Positions 1 to 8,658 of a stretch of 57,086 bases of DNA are shown here, piece by piece. Under the pieces are notes generated by a model. It ran no database searches and was not told the origin of the DNA. It saw nothing but the letters and a program-made list of their open reading frames with translations. Every line of letters begins with the position of its first letter. Within the stretch, counting starts at the first letter, position 1. The DNA comes from a virus. Its lineage: Duplodnaviria; Caudoviricetes. A program made the translations under genes and the position numbers. Where the stretch lies: positions 1 through 57,086 of IMG/VR virus record IMGVR_UViG_3300034021_000250. One strand, 5' to 3'.

Positions 1-99
1 TGGCGGTGGTGGTGGTGGTGGCGGAGCATTAGGTGCAGCAGGAGGGTCTTCAACATGGGGCGGTGGAGCTGCTGGAGCAGCAACTTCCGGGAATGCGAA
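1..99 (+). repeat. Terminal direct repeat, copy 1 (assembly overlap of a circular contig)
   Basis: 1-99 is identical to 56988-57086 and lies inside one continuous ORF. Confidence 0.95.
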
Positions 100-145
100 A
101 ATAACATGGGTTACAGCCGGTACAAGGCTTGGCGCGTTAAACTAA
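1..145 (+). CDS. 3' end of gp38-like Gly-rich adhesin spanning the circular junction (starts 56374)
   Basis: Frame continues through the overlap: ...GGGAAGAATSGNAKITWVTAGTRLGALN, TAA at 143-145. Confidence 0.85.
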   Translation, partial: GGGGGGGGALGAAGGSSTWGGGAAGAATSGNAKITWVTAGTRLGALN

Positions 146-166
146 TCTAGAATAAGGAAATAAAAA

Positions 167-1156
167 ATGGCTAACATAAATGTCAAAATTATGGGTACTG
201 ACCCGTTCAATAAACTAGTACTTGTAGCTTGTGCCACAGAAGGCAGCGTAAAACCGCTAGAAGAGCAACCGTTATCTGCATACCCATTTGACTTTGGCGG
301 CGCTACTAACGTTGATGAGTTTTTAGCTAACATCCAAGACTCTTGCCGAGAGAAAGCTTTCGCACAAGACCAAGTTTCTTCAGCTGAATATACCGCAGAT
401 AATTGGGTAGGCGCTACAAGCACATTCACACCAGTTCCAGTAGATACTTCAGAATTTACATTCCAAGCTCGAAAAGACGCTATTTACGCAACATACCCAG
501 CGGCTAATATGGACGCTGTAAATGCATTGTGCAATAGGAAGTGGAATCAGATGCAGCTTGCTCCATTACGTAGAGACGTTGACGCTACTATCGTTGGTGT
601 ATATGTAAATGGCTACGGTGGTATGAACGCAGCGGATGCAGCGATTGCACTTCGTTCTATCAAAGAGGCGACTAATGAGTGTGTAGCATTAGGTATCCCG
701 ATGTGCGGAGGCACTACTCCCGTAGACGGTATGTCTAGAGAACGCTTTGAATCATTCCTAACAGGAATTTCGCAATACAATAAGTTTATCAATACAGTTA
801 AACAAAGCTACGTTTACCAAGACTGGAATATTGTATTTGCTAGAAACCGTAAAGCAACACTAATCAAATCAGAGTGCCAGAAGGTAATTGCAGGAGGACT
901 TAACTTCGACGAACACGTATGGGATTCTGATGCTGCTAGCAGAGCTAATATCACTAACTATTTAGTAGCTAACCCTACACTTACAACAACAGAATGGCGT
1001 ACTAAAGGTAATGAACTAGTTAGAGTAGACCTAGCGTTGTTGAGCAAAGCTTTATCGGACTTCGTAACAGCGACGTATCAGGAATCTTGGGCGCGTAAAG
1101 CAGCGCTAGCAGCACTACCACCTGAAACAACTGAGGCTGAGGTCGATGCTATCTAA
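167..1156 (+). CDS. Tail-fibre-associated protein with C-terminal DUF4376-like domain
   Basis: SD AAGGA upstream; C-terminal FDEHVWDSDAASRANIT...EWRTKGNELV resembles DUF4376; follows tail fibre and adhesin genes. Confidence 0.6.
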   Translation: MANINVKIMGTDPFNKLVLVACATEGSVKPLEEQPLSAYPFDFGGATNVDEFLANIQDSCREKAFAQDQVSSAEYTADNWVGATSTFTPVPVDTSEFTFQARKDAIYATYPAANMDAVNALCNRKWNQMQLAPLRRDVDATIVGVYVNGYGGMNAADAAIALRSIKEATNECVALGIPMCGGTTPVDGMSRERFESFLTGISQYNKFINTVKQSYVYQDWNIVFARNRKATLIKSECQKVIAGGLNFDEHVWDSDAASRANITNYLVANPTLTTTEWRTKGNELVRVDLALLSKALSDFVTATYQESWARKAALAALPPETTEAEVDAI

Positions 1157-2018
1157 TGACGCCAAAGTTAAACTTACCCAAGCATTTGTTTATTTAGTCG
1201 CAATCGCTACAGTAGTATTTGCTTGGGACGCTAAGTTATTTTTATGGAGTTTAGCCGCCGGGTGGATCATGTTCGGGATCGGTGGGAGCATATGTCTTCA
1301 CAAACTATCTTCTCACGGTTCCTTCACACCTAAGAACAGGCTAATCAAATGGGCGCTTTTGTGGTTTGGAACTATCAGTTCTTTAGGTAGTACGATTTGT
1401 TGGGCGGCTGGGCATCGTGAGCATCACCAACATGCGGACAAGAATACTGACCCTCATAGACCATACGGTTCAATGTGGCACAAAGTTAAGATGTGGTTCT
1501 ACTATTTCCCAACATGGGATATTAGTCCGCTGATTGTTCGTGATTTAACACAAGACCCAGACCACCGGTTCTTTCACCGGCACTACTACAAGATCATCAT
1601 TAGCTACGTAGTTTTGCTGTTCTTGATTAACCCTGTTTATGTCGGATACTTCTACGCTATACCGGTACTGTATACATTGTTCGGGATTAGCTGGGCTACT
1701 GTAATCGCGCATATCCCGCAGCTAGGGTATTTCTCATGGAGGACGTACAACACTCCTGACTACACGTACAACAGTAATTTCTGGAATGTACTTTTAATGG
1801 GTGAAGGCTACCACAACACGCACCACGCATGTCCTTGGCTATGGAATAACGCTTTGCACGACGGTGAGTGGGACGCTTCAGCTTGGGTGATTAAGTTGAT
1901 TGGTATACCTAATGATTTTCCTGCGAAACCGCATAAACCACCAAGAACAGGTAAGGCTTTACGCGCTGAGTTGATGGAAGTAAGGCGCAAACTTCAGGAA
2001 GGCGGACATGAGTCTTAA
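1146..2018 (+). CDS. Membrane fatty acid desaturase 1 (delta-9/DesC-like)
   Basis: Three His boxes HKLSSH, HREHH, HNTHH; DPH motif; GEGYHN; several hydrophobic helices. Confidence 0.92.
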   Translation: MLSNDAKVKLTQAFVYLVAIATVVFAWDAKLFLWSLAAGWIMFGIGGSICLHKLSSHGSFTPKNRLIKWALLWFGTISSLGSTICWAAGHREHHQHADKNTDPHRPYGSMWHKVKMWFYYFPTWDISPLIVRDLTQDPDHRFFHRHYYKIIISYVVLLFLINPVYVGYFYAIPVLYTLFGISWATVIAHIPQLGYFSWRTYNTPDYTYNSNFWNVLLMGEGYHNTHHACPWLWNNALHDGEWDASAWVIKLIGIPNDFPAKPHKPPRTGKALRAELMEVRRKLQEGGHES

Positions 2019-2823
2019 ACTTACCCACTATCAGAACACTAAGTTACTTCAGGTGTTCGCTTGGGCTGGTACAGCATACTTGCTAATTTGCCATTGGAGT
2101 ACCACCCCTATCGGTTGGTTGATGTTGTTTGGGTGGTTATCTTCAGGTATTGGTTTGGGTATCTGCCACCATCGCTATGCAGCGCATAAGACGTTTGAAC
2201 CAAAGAACAGACTTATTAAGTGGTTCATTCTGTTCGTAGGCACAATCATTACTCATGGCTCTGTCATCGCTTGGACAATCACACATAGATACCACCACAG
2301 GTTCTGTGACACTCCTAGCGATCCTACTAACCCTGAAGGTAGTTGGTGGCACAAGATTAAGTGCTTCTTCTATTACTTTGGCGACATAGAAAGACCGAAC
2401 AGTAACGTGATGGTTTTAGACCTAATACGTGATGAGGATTTTCAATTTTTCCACAAATTCCACTTCCCAATTATCTTCACTTACATTGGGGTGCTAGCGC
2501 TTATTAATCCGATGCTGGTGTTGTACTTCTATTGCTTCCCAGTGTGCTACGTACTATTTACATCAGGCTGGGTGACTACGTTAGCTCACTCTCCGGCGTT
2601 AAGTATATTTGGGTATAGAAACTACGATACGCCAGACAAGACGTTTAACAGTGTCTTTTGGCAAATCTATTCAATGGGTGACGGATACCACAATAACCAC
2701 CATGCATGCCCGTGGTTGTGGAACATGGCAGTGACTAAATATGAATTTGATATATGCGGTCAGTTAGTAAAACTAATTGGGTATCCAAACGACATACCAC
2801 CAACAAAAGTTAAGGATAAGTAA
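2008..2823 (+). CDS. Membrane fatty acid desaturase 2 (delta-9/DesC-like), paralogue of 1146-2018
   Basis: His boxes HRYAAH, HRYHH, HNNHH; shares PKNRLIKW and HHACPWLWN with the upstream gene. Confidence 0.92.
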   Translation: MSLKLTHYQNTKLLQVFAWAGTAYLLICHWSTTPIGWLMLFGWLSSGIGLGICHHRYAAHKTFEPKNRLIKWFILFVGTIITHGSVIAWTITHRYHHRFCDTPSDPTNPEGSWWHKIKCFFYYFGDIERPNSNVMVLDLIRDEDFQFFHKFHFPIIFTYIGVLALINPMLVLYFYCFPVCYVLFTSGWVTTLAHSPALSIFGYRNYDTPDKTFNSVFWQIYSMGDGYHNNHHACPWLWNMAVTKYEFDICGQLVKLIGYPNDIPPTKVKDK

Positions 2824-3440
2824 TGCACTTAGCAATAACAGATTTGTTTCCTACCGCTTTAGCTTCAGTCAGATTAGGTAGAGCATTTACAGATGATGAG
2901 CTAGCTTTTATTGATAGTGAGGCTACCAACACACTTAAGTTTGACTCTCTAATGGGAAAGAACCTAAACATTCTAGATGACCCAAGATTAAGTGATATTA
3001 AGAAGTTTATTGAGGAAGCGGCTAACCAGTACCTGAAAGAAGTCATGTCTAGCAATACGGACGCGTCTTTATATGTAACTCAATCTTGGTTAAACATAGT
3101 GAGTGCTGGTAATAACCAAGGTATGCATATTCACCCTAACAGTTTCTTGACCGGAGTTATTTACATAAAGGTACCTCTAGGAATAGAAGGGTTGGTATTC
3201 CATAAGCACCTTAATTACATAGGTCTAAGAGTCGACCCTGAAGTGCGTAATAAATATAACGAAGAAGACCGTGTAGAGTTAGTACAAGAAGGGCAGGTAC
3301 TTATATTCCCATCAAATTTAATGCACGGAACGCTTACACACGCATCAGTTGATACACCAAGAGTAGCAATTGCCTTTAATACTTTTATACGTGGGACTGT
3401 AGGCAGTATGTACGGGTATAACGAACTAACACTAAGCTAA
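2823..3440 (+). CDS. 2OG-Fe(II) oxygenase (TIGR02466-like)
   Basis: QSWLN...HIHPNSFLTGVIYI...IFPSNLMH...RVAIAFN pattern; TAATG coupling to desaturase 2. Confidence 0.85.
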   Translation: MHLAITDLFPTALASVRLGRAFTDDELAFIDSEATNTLKFDSLMGKNLNILDDPRLSDIKKFIEEAANQYLKEVMSSNTDASLYVTQSWLNIVSAGNNQGMHIHPNSFLTGVIYIKVPLGIEGLVFHKHLNYIGLRVDPEVRNKYNEEDRVELVQEGQVLIFPSNLMHGTLTHASVDTPRVAIAFNTFIRGTVGSMYGYNELTLS

Positions 3441-3446
3441 GGAAAA

Positions 3447-3686
3447 ATGATGGAACAACTTGTAAAACAGATGATTGCCAACAGATTAGATATTGACATT
3501 AGTTTGGTGACTAACGAGGCTAGACTTGTGAAAGACCTTAAAGCAGACTCTCTGGACACAGTCGAGCTTTTGATGGAAATCGAGAGAATGTTAAAGCTAA
3601 GGATTGATGACAGCAGCCTAGGTGATATTTCTACTGTACAGAACATTATTGATCTGGCGGTTAAGCTTCAAGCAACTACAGTTTAG
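3447..3686 (+). CDS. acpP: Acyl carrier protein
   Basis: 79 aa; DLKADSLDTVELLMEIE phosphopantetheine-site motif; ISTVQNIID C-terminal helix. Confidence 0.9.
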   Translation: MMEQLVKQMIANRLDIDISLVTNEARLVKDLKADSLDTVELLMEIERMLKLRIDDSSLGDISTVQNIIDLAVKLQATTV

Positions 3687-3698
3687 TTAGGGGTTTCT

Positions 3699-6600
3699 AT
3701 GCCAGCACAAAGAATAAAGCAGTTTTCAGGAGTTATACCTAGAGTCGACCCACGGGATATTCCTGAGAATGCTGCACAAGACGCGACTAACGTCTTCCTA
3801 ACGTCTGGTCGTATAGACCCGATGCTGCAACCTACAACTGTAGCCACGACGCGGTCAAGTTTAGTTCAGACCATCTACCGATTGTTTAACGGTACTTCTT
3901 CCTACTGGTTAAACTGGTTAGAGCAAGTTGATGTAGCAGAGTCGCCAGTATATGTCTCTAATAACGCAAGGATTGCTTTTACATCACATAGTTTTGAGCC
4001 AAGACAAACCGACCTTACGCTTGCATCAGCATCGCTACCTTATCCAGCTCAGTGGTATGTGCTAGGCGTAACGCCACCCATTACAGAGGCAACGTGTTCT
4101 TCAATCGTAGGCGGTTCTGGAACAGTAGAGAGTCGTTCATATGTATATACATATGTTACACAGTGGGGCGAAGAATCCGCACCGTCTCCTGCGTCTGTTG
4201 TCACAATCCCAGCTGCGACTATTACTGGTTCGATTGCAGATACTACTTTGACAGTATCAGCCATTACATCAGGCTCACTTTCTTTCTCAGGTCAGACTCT
4301 ATCTGGCACCGGAGTCACTTCAGGGACTAAGCTATTAAGCCAACTTACATCAAGTGAAGCAGCGGTAGCTTCAAGATCCTATGCAGTAGGTACACCAGCA
4401 GGGTCAAAATCGCTAACACTAGCTACATTTACAGGTATATCTTACGGTATGTTTGTGACAGGAACTGGTATCCCAAGTAACACTATAGTCACCAACACGC
4501 ACGATAATACTGTTGAGATATCTAGGGCGACTACGGCACAAGCTTCAGGTACGTATAAATTCTGGACAGCTAAGACTAGTTCTAACTTCGCTTACGGCGG
4601 AGTTTCTGGCGCTACTACTATTGCTTTAAGTTATATGAATAACATTGCAATCGGGCAACTTGTATTAGGTACAGGTATCCCAGCAGGGGCTACAGTAACA
4701 GCACTATCAGGAAATATCGCGCAGAGCTTTGCAAGTGGCGGCGCTTATAACACTTCTAGCATTGTATTCGGTTCTGTATCAGGGATTGCCGTAAACCAAT
4801 TTGTAACTGGCGCTGGTATTACAACGGGTACAATCGTAACAGCTATCGACGTCCCAAATAAAACGGTTTCTATATCGCGCCCATTGTCTGTTCAAGCTGT
4901 TGGCGGGTACTCGTTCAATGCCCAGACAATTACAATTTCTGCAGCGCTTACCGAACAAGCAACAGGTACATATGTATTCTTAGATTCAGTGACAAGCAGT
5001 ACATTCCAAGGCGGCGGTAACGCTGGCGCAACATCTTTTGATCTGTTGAATATATCGTCAGTAGCTGTAGGACAATTAGTATCAGGAACTGGTGTACCAG
5101 CTGGAACAACGGTAACAGACGTATCCAGCACTAATAAGATCAGTATTTCGAACGCGTTAACTGCTCAAGCAGTAGGGGCATACGCGTTTTACAACCAAGG
5201 TGGATTAGGTACGTACGAAGTAGATACTTCTCAAACCGCTGCAAGCACTACAATTTCTACTGCTACAAGTGCAGGTTACAGCAACGCAACATGGAACATT
5301 AATATTCCTGATGTAGCGCCAGCTAACACATACACAATCTCTGCAGCGACGTATGCAGATGGAGTACTTACCCTTACGCTTAATACAACCTTTGGTCTTA
5401 GAGCCTTAGAGTTTCTGAACTTTGTAAACGTAGGCGGTATTACAGACTTAAACTACAAGTCATACCAAGTACAGTCAGTTAATGCAGCGTCTAAGCAAAT
5501 CACTATTAATATAACTACAACGCAGTCTTACGTATCAGGCGGCACCGCTACACGGGATGCTCCGCACAACACAGATAAAATGATGAAGCGCGTTTACCGG
5601 ACTGTTACTACAGCTACGGGTACTAACTTCTATCAGGTAGGCGCAGACTTACCAGTAGCAACAACTACGTTCGCAGATAATTACGTAGCTATTGGTGGAC
5701 AACTTGTGACTAGTGGCTGGGTAATGCCTCCAGCTAACCTTCAAGGTGTAGTAACGCATCCTTCAGGGGCTTTAGTTGGGTTTGTAGGTAATACGATATA
5801 TATGTCACAACCCTACAGCATTTACGCTTGGCCTATAACACAAACTAACACGTTAGATTATACGGTCGTAGGGCTAGGAATTACAGGGCAGTCAGTTGTA
5901 GTAGGTACTGAGGGTAGACCATACGTTCTTACATTTACAGACCCTGCTGCTGCGTCAGCACAAAAGCTAGATAACAACTGGCCTTGTTTAGCTAAGAAAG
6001 GTATCACTACCCTAGAGAACGGCGTGCATTACCCATCAACTCTTGGGCTAGTTTATATCGGGGCATCAGGTGCTTCGCTTATATCTGAGAAGTTCTACGC
6101 ACAAAGAGATTGGGCGGCACTTAACCCTAGCTCATTTATCGCGGCGCACTATGACAGTAGATACTACGCGTTCCACGACGACGGTGAAAACCCTCAGATA
6201 CTTATGTTCTCAGGAAGCACTGGTATCTCGTATATCAACTACCAGCCTACAGCAATGTACACAGACCGTAAGAGCGGCGAGATTTATGTAGCATCTAATG
6301 GTTTCGTGCAGCAACTAAACTCTGGTACAGGTTTGTTCATGCAATACAGCTGGAGAAGTAAAGAGTTTGTCAATCCAAACCCAGTTAACTTAGGCGCATG
6401 TAAAGTAGACTTTGAAGGTGCAGTTACAGCCAGTGATGCGGCAGCGATTGAGGCAGCTAATAACGCGATTAAAGAAGCGAACGTATCTTTGCTAGCCAGC
6501 CCTTTAGGTGTGTTGAATGTAGCTCCACTTAACATGTACCGTGTAGACGGGTCGAACTTAGCCGACTTGTATGTACCAGCAGCTAGCGCATCTTACGTAT

Positions 6601-6776
6601 CAATCTCGTTGTACGCTAACGGGAAACTACAGTTCACAAAAGTGGTAAACGATACAAAAGTTTGGCGTTTCCCAGCAGGACTTAAATACGACAATTACTC
6701 AATCGGGATTACTGGTACAGCCCCTGTTAAAGCAGTGGTTCTAGGCGGTACTCCTATGGACTTGAAAGCAGTATAA
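3699..6776 (+). CDS. Tail nozzle / tail tubular protein B-like with inserted repeat domains
   Basis: Podovirus nozzle motifs (FSGVIPR, YVYTYVTQWGEESAPSP, SQPYSIYAWP, YSWRSKEF); lies just before the ejection genes. Confidence 0.75.
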   Translation: MPAQRIKQFSGVIPRVDPRDIPENAAQDATNVFLTSGRIDPMLQPTTVATTRSSLVQTIYRLFNGTSSYWLNWLEQVDVAESPVYVSNNARIAFTSHSFEPRQTDLTLASASLPYPAQWYVLGVTPPITEATCSSIVGGSGTVESRSYVYTYVTQWGEESAPSPASVVTIPAATITGSIADTTLTVSAITSGSLSFSGQTLSGTGVTSGTKLLSQLTSSEAAVASRSYAVGTPAGSKSLTLATFTGISYGMFVTGTGIPSNTIVTNTHDNTVEISRATTAQASGTYKFWTAKTSSNFAYGGVSGATTIALSYMNNIAIGQLVLGTGIPAGATVTALSGNIAQSFASGGAYNTSSIVFGSVSGIAVNQFVTGAGITTGTIVTAIDVPNKTVSISRPLSVQAVGGYSFNAQTITISAALTEQATGTYVFLDSVTSSTFQGGGNAGATSFDLLNISSVAVGQLVSGTGVPAGTTVTDVSSTNKISISNALTAQAVGAYAFYNQGGLGTYEVDTSQTAASTTISTATSAGYSNATWNINIPDVAPANTYTISAATYADGVLTLTLNTTFGLRALEFLNFVNVGGITDLNYKSYQVQSVNAASKQITINITTTQSYVSGGTATRDAPHNTDKMMKRVYRTVTTATGTNFYQVGADLPVATTTFADNYVAIGGQLVTSGWVMPPANLQGVVTHPSGALVGFVGNTIYMSQPYSIYAWPITQTNTLDYTVVGLGITGQSVVVGTEGRPYVLTFTDPAAASAQKLDNNWPCLAKKGITTLENGVHYPSTLGLVYIGASGASLISEKFYAQRDWAALNPSSFIAAHYDSRYYAFHDDGENPQILMFSGSTGISYINYQPTAMYTDRKSGEIYVASNGFVQQLNSGTGLFMQYSWRSKEFVNPNPVNLGACKVDFEGAVTASDAAAIEAANNAIKEANVSLLASPLGVLNVAPLNMYRVDGSNLADLYVPAASASYVSISLYANGKLQFTKVVNDTKVWRFPAGLKYDNYSIGITGTAPVKAVVLGGTPMDLKAV

Positions 6777-6964
6777 TGAAGAAACCTACCATACCAGCAA
6801 TACCATTCGGAACTCCGCAATCTGAGCATCTAAGCGCTATTAAGCAGAATATCGAAATGCTTACTGGTAAGGTAGGCGGAACTATTGAGAACTTAGGAAC
6901 ACAAGCTTCGCTACTCGATGTAATCATCAAACTAAACGAGGTTATAAACAAGCTGCAATCTTAA
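6776..6964 (+). CDS. Small tail-region protein
   Basis: TAATG-coupled to nozzle gene; KPTIPAIP...AIKQNIEMLTG. Confidence 0.65.
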   Translation: MKKPTIPAIPFGTPQSEHLSAIKQNIEMLTGKVGGTIENLGTQASLLDVIIKLNEVINKLQS

Positions 6965-6965
6965 C

Positions 6966-6994
6966 TTGCTTACATGTTAACAATATGGTATAAG
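6966..6994 (+). promoter_or_regulatory. Sigma70-like promoter with overlapping palindromic operator; leaderless start at 7000
   Basis: TTGCTT-17bp-TATAAG with TG extension; TGCTTACATGTTAACA at 6967-6982. Confidence 0.65.
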
Positions 6995-6999
6995 GCAGT

Positions 7000-7422
7000 A
7001 TGACAAAACGCATCCTTTGCACCGAGTCCGATAAGGTTCGCGTAGGCGAATGGGTGTTTGCTCGCACAGGCGGAAAATTCCTTCCAGAGATAGCACAGGC
7101 AATAGGTTTAGAGAAAGACGGCGAGCTTATTGCAGGGGCCGTTTTTGAGAGCTGGAACGGAGCTGTTGTGTACGGTCATTTAGCAATTGCTAATAAGTAC
7201 GGCATGAATCGCGAGTTCCTAAAGTTCAACTTCCAATATGTTTTTAACCAACTAAAAGCTAACAAGTTAGTAGGTATGGTAGCAAGCACAAATACAGACG
7301 CTATCAAACTAGATGAAAACTTTGGGTATGTATTAGAAGCAACTATTAAAGATGGTGTACCAAATGGCGACATGCTTATTTACACGATGACTAAAGAGCA
7401 GTGCCGATTTTTGAAGGACTAG
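7000..7422 (+). CDS. GNAT-fold acetyltransferase-like protein
   Basis: AIGLEKDGELIAGAVF...NTDAIKLDENFGYVLEATIK; usual position before podovirus ejection proteins. Confidence 0.75.
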   Translation: MTKRILCTESDKVRVGEWVFARTGGKFLPEIAQAIGLEKDGELIAGAVFESWNGAVVYGHLAIANKYGMNREFLKFNFQYVFNQLKANKLVGMVASTNTDAIKLDENFGYVLEATIKDGVPNGDMLIYTMTKEQCRFLKD

Positions 7423-7425
7423 AAC

Positions 7426-8658
7426 ATGAGATACGATCACTTTTCAATGCTGCCTACACGGGCATTCCAACCAATCGGCAAACGAATGACGCTAGAAGGC
7501 GGCAAAGGTGATGCTCCTCCACCCCCAGATTATTCACCTATTGCAGCATCAAACGAAGCAGCAGCAAAAATTGCAGCGCAGTCAGCGGCGGACGATTTAG
7601 CTTTCCGTAAGAGCGTCTATGCAGATTCACAGCCACGTCAGCAACAGTTATATGACTTAGCTAGCCAAATCGCAGGTCGTCATGTAACGATGATGGATCA
7701 GAACCAAAAGATTGCTGCCGATAATAACAACTATTACAACAATACATTCCAGCCAATCGAAGCACAGACTGCTATGGATTCAATGGGTTCTCAATATCTA
7801 AGCAAGGCTGATCGTTCGCGACTAGCCAATGTTATGAGTGGTACTTCGGGTTTGACTGGGAGCAATCGTACTTTAGCTATTGATGAAATCGCACGTAATG
7901 CACAGAGTGGCGCTGCAGACCAAGCGCAACAACAAGCAATGGCGCAAAGCAATGGCGCTTACACGCAACAGTCGCAAAACTTAGCCCGTATGGGTCTTGA
8001 CCCTTCACGTTTAGCTGCAGCTGCAGCAAGTCTTGCACAGAACCAAACGTCAAACCAAATCAATTCCGCTAACCAAGCGCGTACAAATATCTTTAACCAA
8101 CAAGCCGGTCTTCGTACCGGTGTAGCTAACTTCGGTCGCAACATGCCTAACACTGCAACACAAGCATACGCAACTGCTGGCAACATGGGTAACAGCGCAG
8201 TCAACAATCAAAACACAGGCTTTCAGTCAGGTCTTCCGTACGCTAACTACGTATCTGGTTCAGTACCTAACTCAATCAATGCAGCAAATACTCAAGTACA
8301 AGGCAACCTAGGTTTAGGCCAACTAATGAACGGCTCTTACGCTACACAAATGCAAGGCTACAACAGTGGTGGCGATATGCTTGGTGGCTTAATGGGCTTA
8401 GGCAGTTCTTTAGGCAGTGCTTACATTATGAGAGGCTCTGATAGAAACATTAAAGAAAATATCAAACGCCTTGGTGAGCTTGATAACGGTCTTGTTATTT
8501 ACGAATTTGAATATAAAGAACCGTACAAAAATGTATGGGGGCATGGGCGCAAGATTGGTGTCATGGCTGACGAAGTTGAGTCAGTTCTTCCAGCTGCCGT
8601 TTCTGTGCATCCGGATGGGTATAAGGTAGTTGATTACAGCATGATTGGAGCAGCGTAA
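7426..8658 (+). CDS. DNA ejection/pilot protein with C-terminal S74-type intramolecular chaperone domain
   Basis: Q/N/A-rich helical body, Gly-rich hydrophobic segment, then GSDRNIKENI...GVMADEVE...VDY. Confidence 0.7.
   Translation: MRYDHFSMLPTRAFQPIGKRMTLEGGKGDAPPPPDYSPIAASNEAAAKIAAQSAADDLAFRKSVYADSQPRQQQLYDLASQIAGRHVTMMDQNQKIAADNNNYYNNTFQPIEAQTAMDSMGSQYLSKADRSRLANVMSGTSGLTGSNRTLAIDEIARNAQSGAADQAQQQAMAQSNGAYTQQSQNLARMGLDPSRLAAAAASLAQNQTSNQINSANQARTNIFNQQAGLRTGVANFGRNMPNTATQAYATAGNMGNSAVNNQNTGFQSGLPYANYVSGSVPNSINAANTQVQGNLGLGQLMNGSYATQMQGYNSGGDMLGGLMGLGSSLGSAYIMRGSDRNIKENIKRLGELDNGLVIYEFEYKEPYKNVWGHGRKIGVMADEVESVLPAAVSVHPDGYKVVDYSMIGAA

Noticed and set aside
1-99. Biological terminal repeat or GGT microsatellite
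   Set aside because: 99 bp matches a common assembler k-mer and lies mid-gene; the GGT runs encode poly-Gly of the adhesin
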